Assembly (NCBI GenBank): GCA_032718475.1
Contig: JAUCBJ010005447.1
Coordinates: 1-48,108 of the forward strand
Direction of reading: 5' to 3'
DNA length: 48,108 nucleotides
DNA from: Nemertoderma westbladi
Taxonomy: Eukaryota > Animalia > Xenacoelomorpha
The notes under the pieces are model-generated. The model worked only from the letters and a program-made list of their open reading frames with translations. It did no database searches and had not been told where the DNA came from. Both the position numbers and the translations under genes were made by a program. Positions 11,997-22,125 of this stretch are shown in pieces (position 1 is the first letter of the stretch; each line of letters begins with the position of its first letter).

Positions 11997-14900
11997 ATGA
12001 GTCGGTCAGGTGAGACGACACCGACACGGACCCCGGACGAAGAGCTAACGATCCGCGAGGCCGCAACCAGGCAACACAGGCCCACGACGCCGGAGCCATC
12101 GGTAACGGGCGACCCGGAAGTTCAAGATGAGGGGGACCGTCTGGAGTCAGAAGCCGAGTCGAGAGGAGGGGGAATCGAGTCGGAAGATAGAGAGAACGAG
12201 CTCGAGGGAGAAGGAGACGAGTCGACACGGGACGGGGGTCGACGCACCGGTGTCGCCGGCCAGCCACAGACCGAGGGCGACGAGTGGCCCACCGAAACGG
12301 CGACGGTGGGGCCGACGGTGCGGCGCCGGACGCGGAGAAATGGAGGAGTAATCGGTACCGATGTCGCCGGCCAGCCACAGGCCGAGGGCGACGGACAGCC
12401 CGCCGGAACGGCGACGGTGGGGCCGCCGGTACGACGTCGAACCCGGAGAGACGGACGAGAGGTCGGCGACGAGGACGTCGGGGTTTCTGAGCGACTTCGA
12501 CGGGCTTACAACGCGACCCGGAGACTACTAGAGGAGGCCAGAAAGGGGAAAACGATAGACGAGGTAAAACTAAAGTCAGGACTAGGTAAGTCGGACAGAC
12601 ATTTATATTATCTGATGCGCTTCGGGCAGAGAGAACTAGCCGAGGAGAGAGCGAAAGGGGTTGCCAGTGAACTGTTTGAACTATGGGAATGTGGGAGTAT
12701 GGAACCTAGCGTAGCGTCAGTGTACATAGGGCCATACTTGGTCGATGCCCGGGGAGTAAAATTAGTGGGCTGGAGGGGACCTGAAGGGGGCGAATCCGAG
12801 GTTAACCCCGAGGATTCGGCCTCGTCGGTCGGAGGAAGTTCCGGGAAGCGGGGGAAAGTTAGTGGATCGGGAAGGCGGAGGGAGTCCGTCGTAACCGATA
12901 AGTCTGCTACATCCTCCGCGAAAGGAAGACGGGTGAGAGAGGTAGGTGCCGCGTACCGTCTCGACCTGATAGAGCAAGGTCAGAAGGAAATGGATAAATG
13001 GATGAAATGGATTGGAGGAGGGGAGAATGCGGCTAGAGAGGGAAGCGACATTGATTAGAGAAACCGGAGAGAGGGCCGAAATGGCTTTGAGAGGCCTTGG
13101 GGAGTGTGAGGAAATAGAGGAAAAGGAGTGTAGGGAGCGTGAGGCGAGAGAGGAAAGGGAACGCAAGGAGCGTGAGGCGAGAGAGGAAAGGGAACGCAAA
13201 GAGCGTGAGGCGGAACGCAAGGAGCATGAGGCGAGAGAGGAAAGGGAACGCAAAGAGCGTGAGGCGGAACGCAAGGAGCATGAGGCGAGAGAAGAAAAGG
13301 AACGCAAGGAGCGTGAGGCGAGACGGGAAAGTGAACGCAAGGAGCATGAAGCGAGGCGAAGGGAGAGCGCTAGGAGAGTAGCAGAGCTGGCTGAGCGGGA
13401 CGCGCGGGAATGTGAGAGGAGAATGGTAGAAGCTGAGCGAGAGCAAAAGGAGCTAAAGAGACGCCAAGGTGAGCTTGCGGAACATAGGATTAGACGCATG
13501 CACGAGCTGCAACTGGTGCGGGCGGGGACGTCTGAGAGCGGGACTGGCTCGAGTATTCTAGGGGAGCCAGGGGCCGTGGATACATTTATTAATACCCCAC
13601 TTACAGGGACCGCACGACAGACCCAAAACTGGTGTGACCGTACGGGCGGGGGGGGGGGGGGGGGGGGTAATAATGATAATGGTACAGTAGACGTGGTTAA
13701 TATTAATAGTACCGTATGGGATAATTCTAATCAAACCTTTATTGCAGGAAATACTTTGCCTAGTGATAGTAATCTAAATTTAAATCAGAACAATCCTAAT
13801 ATTAATGTAGAAAATAATTCTAATATTAATGTAGAAAATAATTCTAATATTAACGTAGCTACGCAAAATAATCCAAATAATCAAAGTAATAATCCAAATT
13901 CGAACTTACAAAATAATTTAAGTAACGTAATTACACAAAATAATCCAAATAACTTAAATAATGATCCGAGCCCGAATTTACAAAATAATTCAGATAGTGT
14001 AGTCGCGCAAAGTAATACAAATGATTTTATTTCGAACGAACAAATTAATTCCGTTTCTAATATGGGTGCTATTAACATAAACACGTCGGGCGTGAATAGC
14101 CAGACAGAGGAGGGCCTGGTAGGTCGTACAGTTGGCGGGCCGGAAGTAGCTGGGTTAGGTAGACCCAGCGAGGGCCTGGTAGGCCACACAGTTGGTAGGC
14201 AGGGAGTAGCTGGGTTAGGTAGACCCAGCGAGGGCCTGATAGGCCACGTAGTTGGTAGGCAGGAAGAGGCTGGGTTAGGTAGACCCAGCGAGGGCCTGAT
14301 AGGCCACGTAGTTGGTAGGCAGGAAGAGGCTGGGTTGAATAGACCCAGCGAGGGCCTGGTAGGCCACACAGTTGGTAGGCAGGGAGTAGCTGGATTAGGT
14401 AGACCCAGCGAGGGCCTGGTAGGCCACATAGTTGCTAGGCAGGGAGCAGAGGGCCTGGTAGGCCACGTAATAGCAGAGGGAGAGGCGGGGGTGAATAGAC
14501 CCGACCGCGGTAGGGTTGATGTGTCGACTAGAAAGGGATATAGTAGCGGGGTGAGAGATGGCGAAATTAGATGTGGCGAGTGGGGGGGGGGGGGGGGGGG
14601 GGGTACGAGAACCCCACAACAGCGAATTAGCGGTGAAAGGGGGGGGGGCAGAGAGTGTCCCACAGCCGTCAGCGGATAATGCGCGGGCCGAAATAGGTAA
14701 ACCGCAACAACCGGCGACGGAAAGTAATAGGGGGATTGCGAGTATCCCCAGCGGCGTGCGACCGAGCAGAGAGAGACAGGTTGACGTCGTAAGAGGGCGG
14801 ACGAAGCGTCGAGCCCGATCGGAAGAGGGAAGAAGAACAGTGGGGTTTAACCGGGAGGTCGACGAGAGATCTCACGAGCGGGAATACTCCACTGAAAGGA

Positions 14901-15553
14901 GAAGAAGAGAAGACAGCAGTGGAGGTATCTCCGCGAATGATAGAAGAGCGAGGACGGATAGCGAGCCGTCGGTAGTTGAGATGAGAACGGAGAGTCGATG
15001 GGGTCGGACTCCGGGAGATTGCCGTCGCCCCGGAGAGATGCGACCCGGCGAGGCGGGCTACGCGCCGATGGAGGGGTACGCGATGTACCGGTACGACGAC
15101 GAGAACAGTAGGGGGGGGGGGGGGGGGGGGGGGGGTCGAAGAGAAACTTTCCGGCGGAATACACCTACCGATCGAGCATACGGTAGCCGCGGGGAGGATT
15201 ATTCGAGAAGAATAAACTTCGATCCCGAACAACACATGCAGACTGTAGGACATACTGTAGGCCTTACTGCACATACCATAGGCCATACTGAGAGAGGCAA
15301 TGTGGGCGATAGGACAGCGTGGACAACGGGATTAAACCCGGAAGTCGCGGAATACATACCGGCGGGTAGGCCAGAACCTGATAGGCCTATACCGGTACCA
15401 GTACAGCAGTATGACTACAGCATGCAGGGACATAACATATACCCAGGGGAGGGGGGAATTATTGCGGATAGGTGCATGGGCCCCAACATATTAACATCAA
15501 CCCCAGTACCAAACATACCGGTGGGGGGGGGGGGGGGGGGGGGGACAGGGTGA
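11997..15553 (+). CDS. Long low-complexity Gag N-terminal region, broken into three ORFs (11997-13058, 13012-14679, 14558-15553)
   Basis: First ATG after the LTR. Contains coiled-coil E/R repeats, an Asn-rich island and 20-aa repeats. Two of the frame changes fall in 22-nt G runs. Confidence 0.7.
14110..14470 (+). repeat. 60-bp coding tandem repeat in gag (GLVGHTVGRQGVAGLGRPSE)
   Basis: AGACCCAGCGAGGGCCTG recurs exactly every 60 bp from 14161 to 14401. Confidence 0.9.
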
Positions 15554-15611
15554 CATTTCCCCATCACAATATCAACAATATACCCCGATAGGAGCAAGAA
15601 CAACGAGACCC

Positions 15612-18600
15612 TTGGATGAGAATAGGTCGTGTGATACAGACATATGGAGGGGGCCGCTACCCCCGATGACATACCCGAGTCAGAGAAAGTCAAGAAGTAG
15701 GATGGACGAACCGCACCAGACAGGAGAAACTACACAACATCCGTCGAACCCATTGGAAGCACAGGCGATGGGGATGGCCACGTTGATCGATGCGTTGAAA
15801 ACGAGGATCGAGCTACCACCCGTGGAACCATTCAAATGCGATGGGAGCAGGCTGGAAGAATATCTACAGTTTCGGCGCATGTATAGTAACGAAATACTAA
15901 CAAAAAACTTGACGCAGGCGGAGTGTCTAAAGTATCTGCAAGTATACACGGGAGGCCCAGCATACGACATCGTGAGGCAATATCAAGGAATAGAGGGCGG
16001 CTTCACGACAGCATGGCGGGCACTGGATAGGGAATACGGGCACCCGGCCAAGATCATCAGGCAGACGCTGAGAGGCATAACATCGGGTGGCCTACAGGAT
16101 AATCCCTTTAGCATTAAAACATTTGCTAACAAAGTTGAAAAGGCGCTAATCGTGCTGAAGACGCTAGACGCGCCATACGAGCTCAACGCGTCCAACAACA
16201 TCACCACGATAGCGCAGGCACTACCAAACTGGCTGCGCAACAAGTGGAGGAAGATCGCTTTCTCCACTCAAGATAAGAAGGGTGCGGAACCGGGTTTAGA
16301 AGAAATGTCAAACTTCTTGAACTACGAGGCTGAGCTAATAACTGACCCAGTCTATAGCGAAGATAGCCTGGGAAAGGGACCGAAGACAGATTACCATAGA
16401 CCGAAACCGGAGCACAATACATCAAACGCATTACCGAGACTCAGGCAATCATTGCCATATGCAGCGACGCAGGGGACTGCAAGTCCACAGCTAGCCGAGG
16501 ATAAGACAACACCATGGAACGGACAGGGAAACAATAACAACACGAATAAACATAACCCCAGTACGTCCAGTAGGCTGAATCCAAACAATAAGAATAGTAG
16601 GGACTTTGGTACAAACGCAACTGCGATACGCAATGCATTGTATAAAGAGGGCTACGACCCAAAGAGCAAATGCCAGCTACACGCAAATGCGCTTCATCAA
16701 ACCATGAACTGCAGGTACTGGCAGGCGCTACCGAGGCAAGATCAGATAGATTATGCGTCGAGCAATAGAATCTGCTCGCGATGTGTAATGAGTGGACATA
16801 GAGCAAGGGAGTGCAAGGAGAAGCCGATAAAATTTGGTCAGAGGAGAGGCCAAACGATGGCGACGAGCACAGTAGGGGCGAAGAAGAGAGGAACAGTGTT
16901 ACTTGGAGTAGTACCCGTGCGAGTGATCGGGGAAGGCAATCGATCAGTAACAACACTAATGCTGGTTGATAGTGGAGCTGCCTTCACATTAGTCGAGGAA
17001 TGGGTAGCCGAAGAGGTAGGATTGAGAACGAGGCCAAGCAGAATGGCGGTAACAACCATCTCTAGCAAAGATGAGATCCTGGAGATGAGAACAGGACGGT
17101 GCGCAATTGCAGCAGTGGCACCAGGATGCGACTATGGGGCAACCATCGACCCCATCCAAGTGATAGAGTCAATTAATATCAATGCCAGGCGGCCAACCAA
17201 CATCGAGGTCGAGCAGTATAAATTCCTGGACGACATTGACTTCTCAATCCCAGACGTGGACGTTAGGAAGGTGTCCATCATAGTAGGTATGGACTGCCCA
17301 ACGGCCCACGAAAGAATGCAAACGGTCTTCGGCGAAGACAAGCAGAGTGACCCGGTGGCCATATTAACACCATTCGGGTGGACGCTGAGTGGTCCAATTA
17401 AGAGCAAGATACCTTTTAGGATGTCGGAGACATCAGAATGCATGTTCGCGGGAACAATGCAGGAAATGGGTGACGAGGGAGCAGAGGAGCATCTTAAAAG
17501 ACTGCTCAGACAGGATTTCGAGGGACTGAAAGAAACCGGAGTCGGGACCTCAGTAGAAGACAAGCAGGCTTTACAAAGCGTGGAGGAATCGATGACATGC
17601 AATGAGGGACGGTATACTATAGGAATGGTATGGAAATTACCGAAGATACCGCTGCCCGACAATAGGGGGATGGTACTCACGAGACTCCGCAAACTGAAAC
17701 AAACACTAAAACGGAGCCCCGAGAAGAATGAGTACATCCACAGAACGATTAAGAAGTACGTCGAGAAAGGATGGGCCGTGGAGTTACCGGTCGACGAGCC
17801 GAACACGGACAGGACATATTACCTGCCACTCCACGTGGCTTTAGATCCAAAGAAAGGTAAACTACGGATGGTAGTCGACGCATCGGCAAAGACCGACGGA
17901 AAATGCTTAAACGACTACCTGTTAGAAGGTCCAAACATATACAATTCGGGCATAGAGGTGTTACTTAGATTTAGAAATGGGAAACACGCCTTCACGTGTG
18001 ACATAGAAGGCATGTTCAACCAAGTCCGTGTAACGGAGGAAGATAGCGACAGTCAGCGCTTCTTATGGTATAACGGCGAGGAAGAACCGTCGATAATACC
18101 GGCATATAAGATGGTAGTACAGAACATGGGGGCCAAGTCGTCTTCATTTACGACGACTATGGCAGTGAGAGACATAGTGAAAGGGAAGGAAGATAGATAC
18201 AGCAGTAGGGCCGTCGATATGATTCGACGCGGCTTCTACGTAGACGACGGAATGGAGTCTGGAAATATGGTTAAGGAGATACTGGACACAGGGTGCGAGG
18301 TTCGCGACATCCTAAAGGGATCCGGCTTTAACCTGACCAAATTCCAATCCAGTTCGGAAGAATTTATCAATGCGATAGAGGACAAGAGGCCAGAATCGAC
18401 CATGGATAATCCCACAACAGTCAAAGGGCAGGACATGGCGATTAAGAGAACAGAATCTCAACAGAAGGCATTGGGAATCGTCTGGGATAGAGAGACAGAC
18501 GAACTGAAGTATCAGCTGAGCCAGGAGGGCGCAGACATCCACACGAAGAGGGGCTATGTATTGTATATAGCAAGGATATACGATCCCCTAGGCCTAGCAT

Positions 18601-19967
18601 CCCCATTATTAGTCACGGGGAAACAGATACTCAAGAGAGTATACAAACTGAAGGATGAGTGGGACGTAGAGGTACCAGAGGAAATCAAGAAACAGTGGAG
18701 CAAGTGGACAGGAGACTTGGAGGAGATGGGAACATACAACATGCCACGAGTGTATTTCCCGGATGGGAACATGACGAATCTGGACCTACACATGTTCTCC
18801 GACGCATCGTTGGAAGCGTACGGAGCGGCACTCTACTTAGTACAACGAGAGGGGGCTCATAAGCTCAGATTAGCCTTTAGCAAAGCAAAGTCAACGCCGC
18901 CAGATTCAGCATCAGTTCCCAAGTTAGAATTGACAGCTGCGAGACTAGGAGTTAGAGCCACAGCCTACCTAGTGGATACTATTCCCAACATAGTAGAGAC
19001 ACACTACTGGACGGACTCCATGGTAGTGCTTGGTTGGCTACACAACGAAAGGACGAGATACCCGATATTCGTCGCGAATAGAGTGGACGAAATAAGGGCG
19101 AGCACAGAACTGGAAAGGTGGCACTACTGCCCAACGGACGAGAACCCAGCGGACTTGTTGTCGAGGGGCGTGGTACGCCACACTTTCTTGAAGAAGGAAG
19201 TATTGTGGCAACATGGGCCACAATTTCTGAGCGATAAGGAGGCCTGGCCGCCGATGAGAAAGGTGGATCCGGGCTCAGAAGTAGTGTCAGAGGGAGAAGA
19301 GGGAGATTCAGAGGGAGAAGAGATATACTCCCAGATGGTGAGGGAGATTAGGGACGTGCAACCAGGACGAAAACTGTGCGATAACCCGACGGATAAACTC
19401 CTCAGCTACAGTTCTAGTTGGTATAAGACCAAGAAACTAGTGGCGTACTGGAGAGCCTTCGGGAACTTCCTTGCGGGAGTTGGCAAGGACAAGAAGGTCA
19501 GGACAACCATAGATCTGGAAGGAGCGGCTAAGGCAATCATCCGCTATGAACAACGGAAGAACTATGGCGACGAGGTGGAACGCGTCGGTAACCAACAGCA
19601 CCTCCGACGGGACAGCGAGCTGATTACGCTGTCGCCACAACTCAATGACGATGGGATTCTAGTAATGAATTCTAGGGTGGGATACAACAACAGCATAGTC
19701 GTACCACCGAAACCCATCATCATTCCCACAGGATCGCCAATAGTCCACCAGATTATCTGGGACTCCCATAAATCGATATTACATGGGGGCACCAACCGAA
19801 CCCTCACAGAGATAAGGAGGACCTATTGGGTCAAACAGCTGAGGAAGAAGGTAAAAGCGGTAGTGGGGCAGTGCCAGACCTGCCGACGAGCGAAGAAGGA
19901 GCGAGCCATACAGGAGATGGCGCCACTACCGGCGAGTAGGGTAATGTGGACATGTTCGGGCCGATAA
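15612..19967 (+). CDS. Gag core, Zn knuckles, aspartic protease, reverse transcriptase, RNase H and integrase HHCC (BEL/Pao polyprotein)
   Basis: Pao-type Gag core. CSRCVMSGHRAREC knuckle. LVDSGA protease. YLPLH..RMVVDAS, CDIEGMFNQV and YVDD in RT. FSDAS/PKLEL/WTDS/ENPADLLSRG in RNase H. H-x4-H..C-x2-C. Confidence 0.95.
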   Translation: MDENRSCDTDIWRGPLPPMTYPSQRKSRSRMDEPHQTGETTQHPSNPLEAQAMGMATLIDALKTRIELPPVEPFKCDGSRLEEYLQFRRMYSNEILTKNLTQAECLKYLQVYTGGPAYDIVRQYQGIEGGFTTAWRALDREYGHPAKIIRQTLRGITSGGLQDNPFSIKTFANKVEKALIVLKTLDAPYELNASNNITTIAQALPNWLRNKWRKIAFSTQDKKGAEPGLEEMSNFLNYEAELITDPVYSEDSLGKGPKTDYHRPKPEHNTSNALPRLRQSLPYAATQGTASPQLAEDKTTPWNGQGNNNNTNKHNPSTSSRLNPNNKNSRDFGTNATAIRNALYKEGYDPKSKCQLHANALHQTMNCRYWQALPRQDQIDYASSNRICSRCVMSGHRARECKEKPIKFGQRRGQTMATSTVGAKKRGTVLLGVVPVRVIGEGNRSVTTLMLVDSGAAFTLVEEWVAEEVGLRTRPSRMAVTTISSKDEILEMRTGRCAIAAVAPGCDYGATIDPIQVIESININARRPTNIEVEQYKFLDDIDFSIPDVDVRKVSIIVGMDCPTAHERMQTVFGEDKQSDPVAILTPFGWTLSGPIKSKIPFRMSETSECMFAGTMQEMGDEGAEEHLKRLLRQDFEGLKETGVGTSVEDKQALQSVEESMTCNEGRYTIGMVWKLPKIPLPDNRGMVLTRLRKLKQTLKRSPEKNEYIHRTIKKYVEKGWAVELPVDEPNTDRTYYLPLHVALDPKKGKLRMVVDASAKTDGKCLNDYLLEGPNIYNSGIEVLLRFRNGKHAFTCDIEGMFNQVRVTEEDSDSQRFLWYNGEEEPSIIPAYKMVVQNMGAKSSSFTTTMAVRDIVKGKEDRYSSRAVDMIRRGFYVDDGMESGNMVKEILDTGCEVRDILKGSGFNLTKFQSSSEEFINAIEDKRPESTMDNPTTVKGQDMAIKRTESQQKALGIVWDRETDELKYQLSQEGADIHTKRGYVLYIARIYDPLGLASPLLVTGKQILKRVYKLKDEWDVEVPEEIKKQWSKWTGDLEEMGTYNMPRVYFPDGNMTNLDLHMFSDASLEAYGAALYLVQREGAHKLRLAFSKAKSTPPDSASVPKLELTAARLGVRATAYLVDTIPNIVETHYWTDSMVVLGWLHNERTRYPIFVANRVDEIRASTELERWHYCPTDENPADLLSRGVVRHTFLKKEVLWQHGPQFLSDKEAWPPMRKVDPGSEVVSEGEEGDSEGEEIYSQMVREIRDVQPGRKLCDNPTDKLLSYSSSWYKTKKLVAYWRAFGNFLAGVGKDKKVRTTIDLEGAAKAIIRYEQRKNYGDEVERVGNQQHLRRDSELITLSPQLNDDGILVMNSRVGYNNSIVVPPKPIIIPTGSPIVHQIIWDSHKSILHGGTNRTLTEIRRTYWVKQLRKKVKAVVGQCQTCRRAKKERAIQEMAPLPASRVMWTCSGR

Positions 19968-20845
19968 AGATCAAAGTGATGCGACACACGGAGAAACGCT
20001 ACGGCATTATCTTCGTATGCAACAACACACGGGCGGTAGGGATAGAACTCGCCCAAGATGCAACCGCATCAGCATTCATTAATGCCTTAGAAAGGTTTAG
20101 AGACCGCAAAGGTGGGACGATCGCAGTGATATACAGCGACAACGGTACCAACTTTGTGGGCGCAGAGAGTGAGATGGCAGAGGCCTTGGACATCTTGGAG
20201 GGAGAAGAAGTCAGGGCAGCCATGAGACGACGACAAGTAAAGTGGGAGAGAAGGACGCCGTATGTACCACATACACTAGGATGCGTCGAGAGACTGGTGG
20301 GCAGTTCAAAGCGTCTAATGACGAAGCTAATGAACACCCACATGGTCACTGAGGACGTCTTACGGACAGTACTTGCGAAGTGCGAGGGGATCATTAATAG
20401 CAGACCGCTATATCCGGAGAATGATGACCCTGAGTCATTAGACGTGCTAACGCCTAGCCATTTCCTAATGGAAAGGCCAGCGACCATCGATATGCGGGGT
20501 GTAGACCCAGATGACATACACTCCCGCCAAAGTTGGAAAGTCGCTAAAGCAATAAGCGCAGAGTATTGGAGGAGGTGGGTCGAGGAATACCTACCCACAC
20601 TCCATAAAAGGAGTAAGTGGAGGAAGCCAAATAGGGAGTTAAGAGAGGGAGACCTCGTAATCGTTACGGATGATACTATCATCAACAACCAGTGGCGGTT
20701 GGCGAGAGTTGTAGGCACTTACTCCGACGAGGACGGAAGAGTCCGATCGGTAGAAGTGCGGATAGGTGGTAAGATAGGTGCGAAGGACAGAAAAACCTAC
20801 AGGAGGGCTGTGGGAAAATGCTGTCTGTTAGAAGGGGCACCTTAG
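19946..20845 (+). CDS. Integrase catalytic core and C-terminus, frameshifted from pol
   Basis: DMFGP, SDNGTNF, ERLV, INSRPL, LTPSHFL, WVEEYLPTLH and W-x-LARV motifs. Confidence 0.93.
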   Translation: MDMFGPIKIKVMRHTEKRYGIIFVCNNTRAVGIELAQDATASAFINALERFRDRKGGTIAVIYSDNGTNFVGAESEMAEALDILEGEEVRAAMRRRQVKWERRTPYVPHTLGCVERLVGSSKRLMTKLMNTHMVTEDVLRTVLAKCEGIINSRPLYPENDDPESLDVLTPSHFLMERPATIDMRGVDPDDIHSRQSWKVAKAISAEYWRRWVEEYLPTLHKRSKWRKPNRELREGDLVIVTDDTIINNQWRLARVVGTYSDEDGRVRSVEVRIGGKIGAKDRKTYRRAVGKCCLLEGAP

Positions 20846-20995
20846 TGGAGTTAGAGAAGAGTTTAGTCGTCCAAGTTTTGGACTGAGGGGGGTGGGATTG
20901 AGGGCGAGACGCCCTTCCCACACAAAAATAGAAAATAAAAATAAAAATAATAAGTACATAGTAGGTACCCAGTTAGTAGGCAGAAGTTAGTTAGG

Positions 20996-21640
20996 AGGTA
21001 CGTAGTACCGATAGTTAGTTAGAGAGTTAGAAGGTACGTAGTACCGATAGTTAGTTAGAGAATTAGAAGGTACGTAGTACCGATAGTTAGTTAGAGAATT
21101 AGAAGGTACGTAGTACCGCTAGTTAGTTAGAGAGATAGAGGGTACGTAAGTACCGCTAGTTAGTTAGAGAGATAGAGGATACCTAAGTACCGCTAGTTAG
21201 TTAGAGAGTTAAAGGGTACGTAAGTACCGCTAGTCAGTTAGAGAGTTAGAGGGTACGTAGTACCGTTAGTTAGAGAAGAGTTAGAGGGTACGTAGTACCA
21301 TTAGTTAGAGAAGAGTTAGAGGGTACGTAGTACCGTTAGTTAGAGTTAGAGTTAGAGGGTACGTAGTACCATTAGTTAGAGAAGAGTTAGAGGGTACGTA
21401 GTACCGTTAGTTAGAGGAGAGTTAGAGGGTACGTAGTACCATTAGTTAGAGAAGAGTTAGAGGGTACGTAGTAGCGTTAGTTAGAGGAGAGTTAGAGGGT
21501 ACGTAGTACCGTTAGTTAGAGGAGAGTTAGAGTTAGAGGGTACGTAGTACCGTTAGTTAGAGGAGAGTTAGAGGGTACGTAGTACCGTTAGTTAGTTAGA
21601 ATTAGAGTTAGAGGGTACGTAGTACCGTTAGTTAGAAGAG
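20996..21640 (+). repeat. ~33-40-bp purine-rich tandem repeat between pol and the extra ORF
   Basis: About 18 units of GGTACGTAGTACCGTTAGTTAGAG(A/G)AGAGTTAGAG. Confidence 0.95.
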
Positions 21641-22125
21641 AGAGAGTAAGAGGTAATAGGGGTGTATAAGATATAGATATTAGTTAGCAGTTAGTAGCGA
21701 GAGGGGGGCATATGAGTACAGCTGGGTAAATCGTGTGGCCACACGACGCATACTGCTGTACTGCATAGACCCACAGAGTAGGCCAGAATGTGGATTAGAG
21801 AATAGAATAATCCATAGGCAGTAGTAAGTAGTAGGACAGTAGAACCAAGATAAAATAGATAAAATAAATAGAATAGGGCTGAAAGTTACAAATAATGGCA
21901 ACACAAGGAAAGTTATTCTAGAACATAATAAAAGTAACGGACAGAAATCGTAAATTACGCTCATTTACTAGCTTCAAAATTAATTAGTAATAATTTAGGT
22001 TAAAAGGCGCAGTTAAGTAGGAAATAGGCCATTATCGAACCGTACAGAACATCCTAGATACATCACTCATCTGTATTGCGCCTTGGTAAGGCACCACCTT
22101 GCAGGTGAGCGAGTGAGTGTTCGGA

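Noticed and set aside
12762-20718. Numerous long antisense ORFs within the BEL element
   Set aside because: Shadow frames of a purine-rich coding strand, with no recognisable motifs.
20996-21640. CRISPR-like array
   Set aside because: The units are contiguous with no unique spacers, the context is a eukaryotic retrotransposon, and there are no cas genes. The same applies to 7753-8335.
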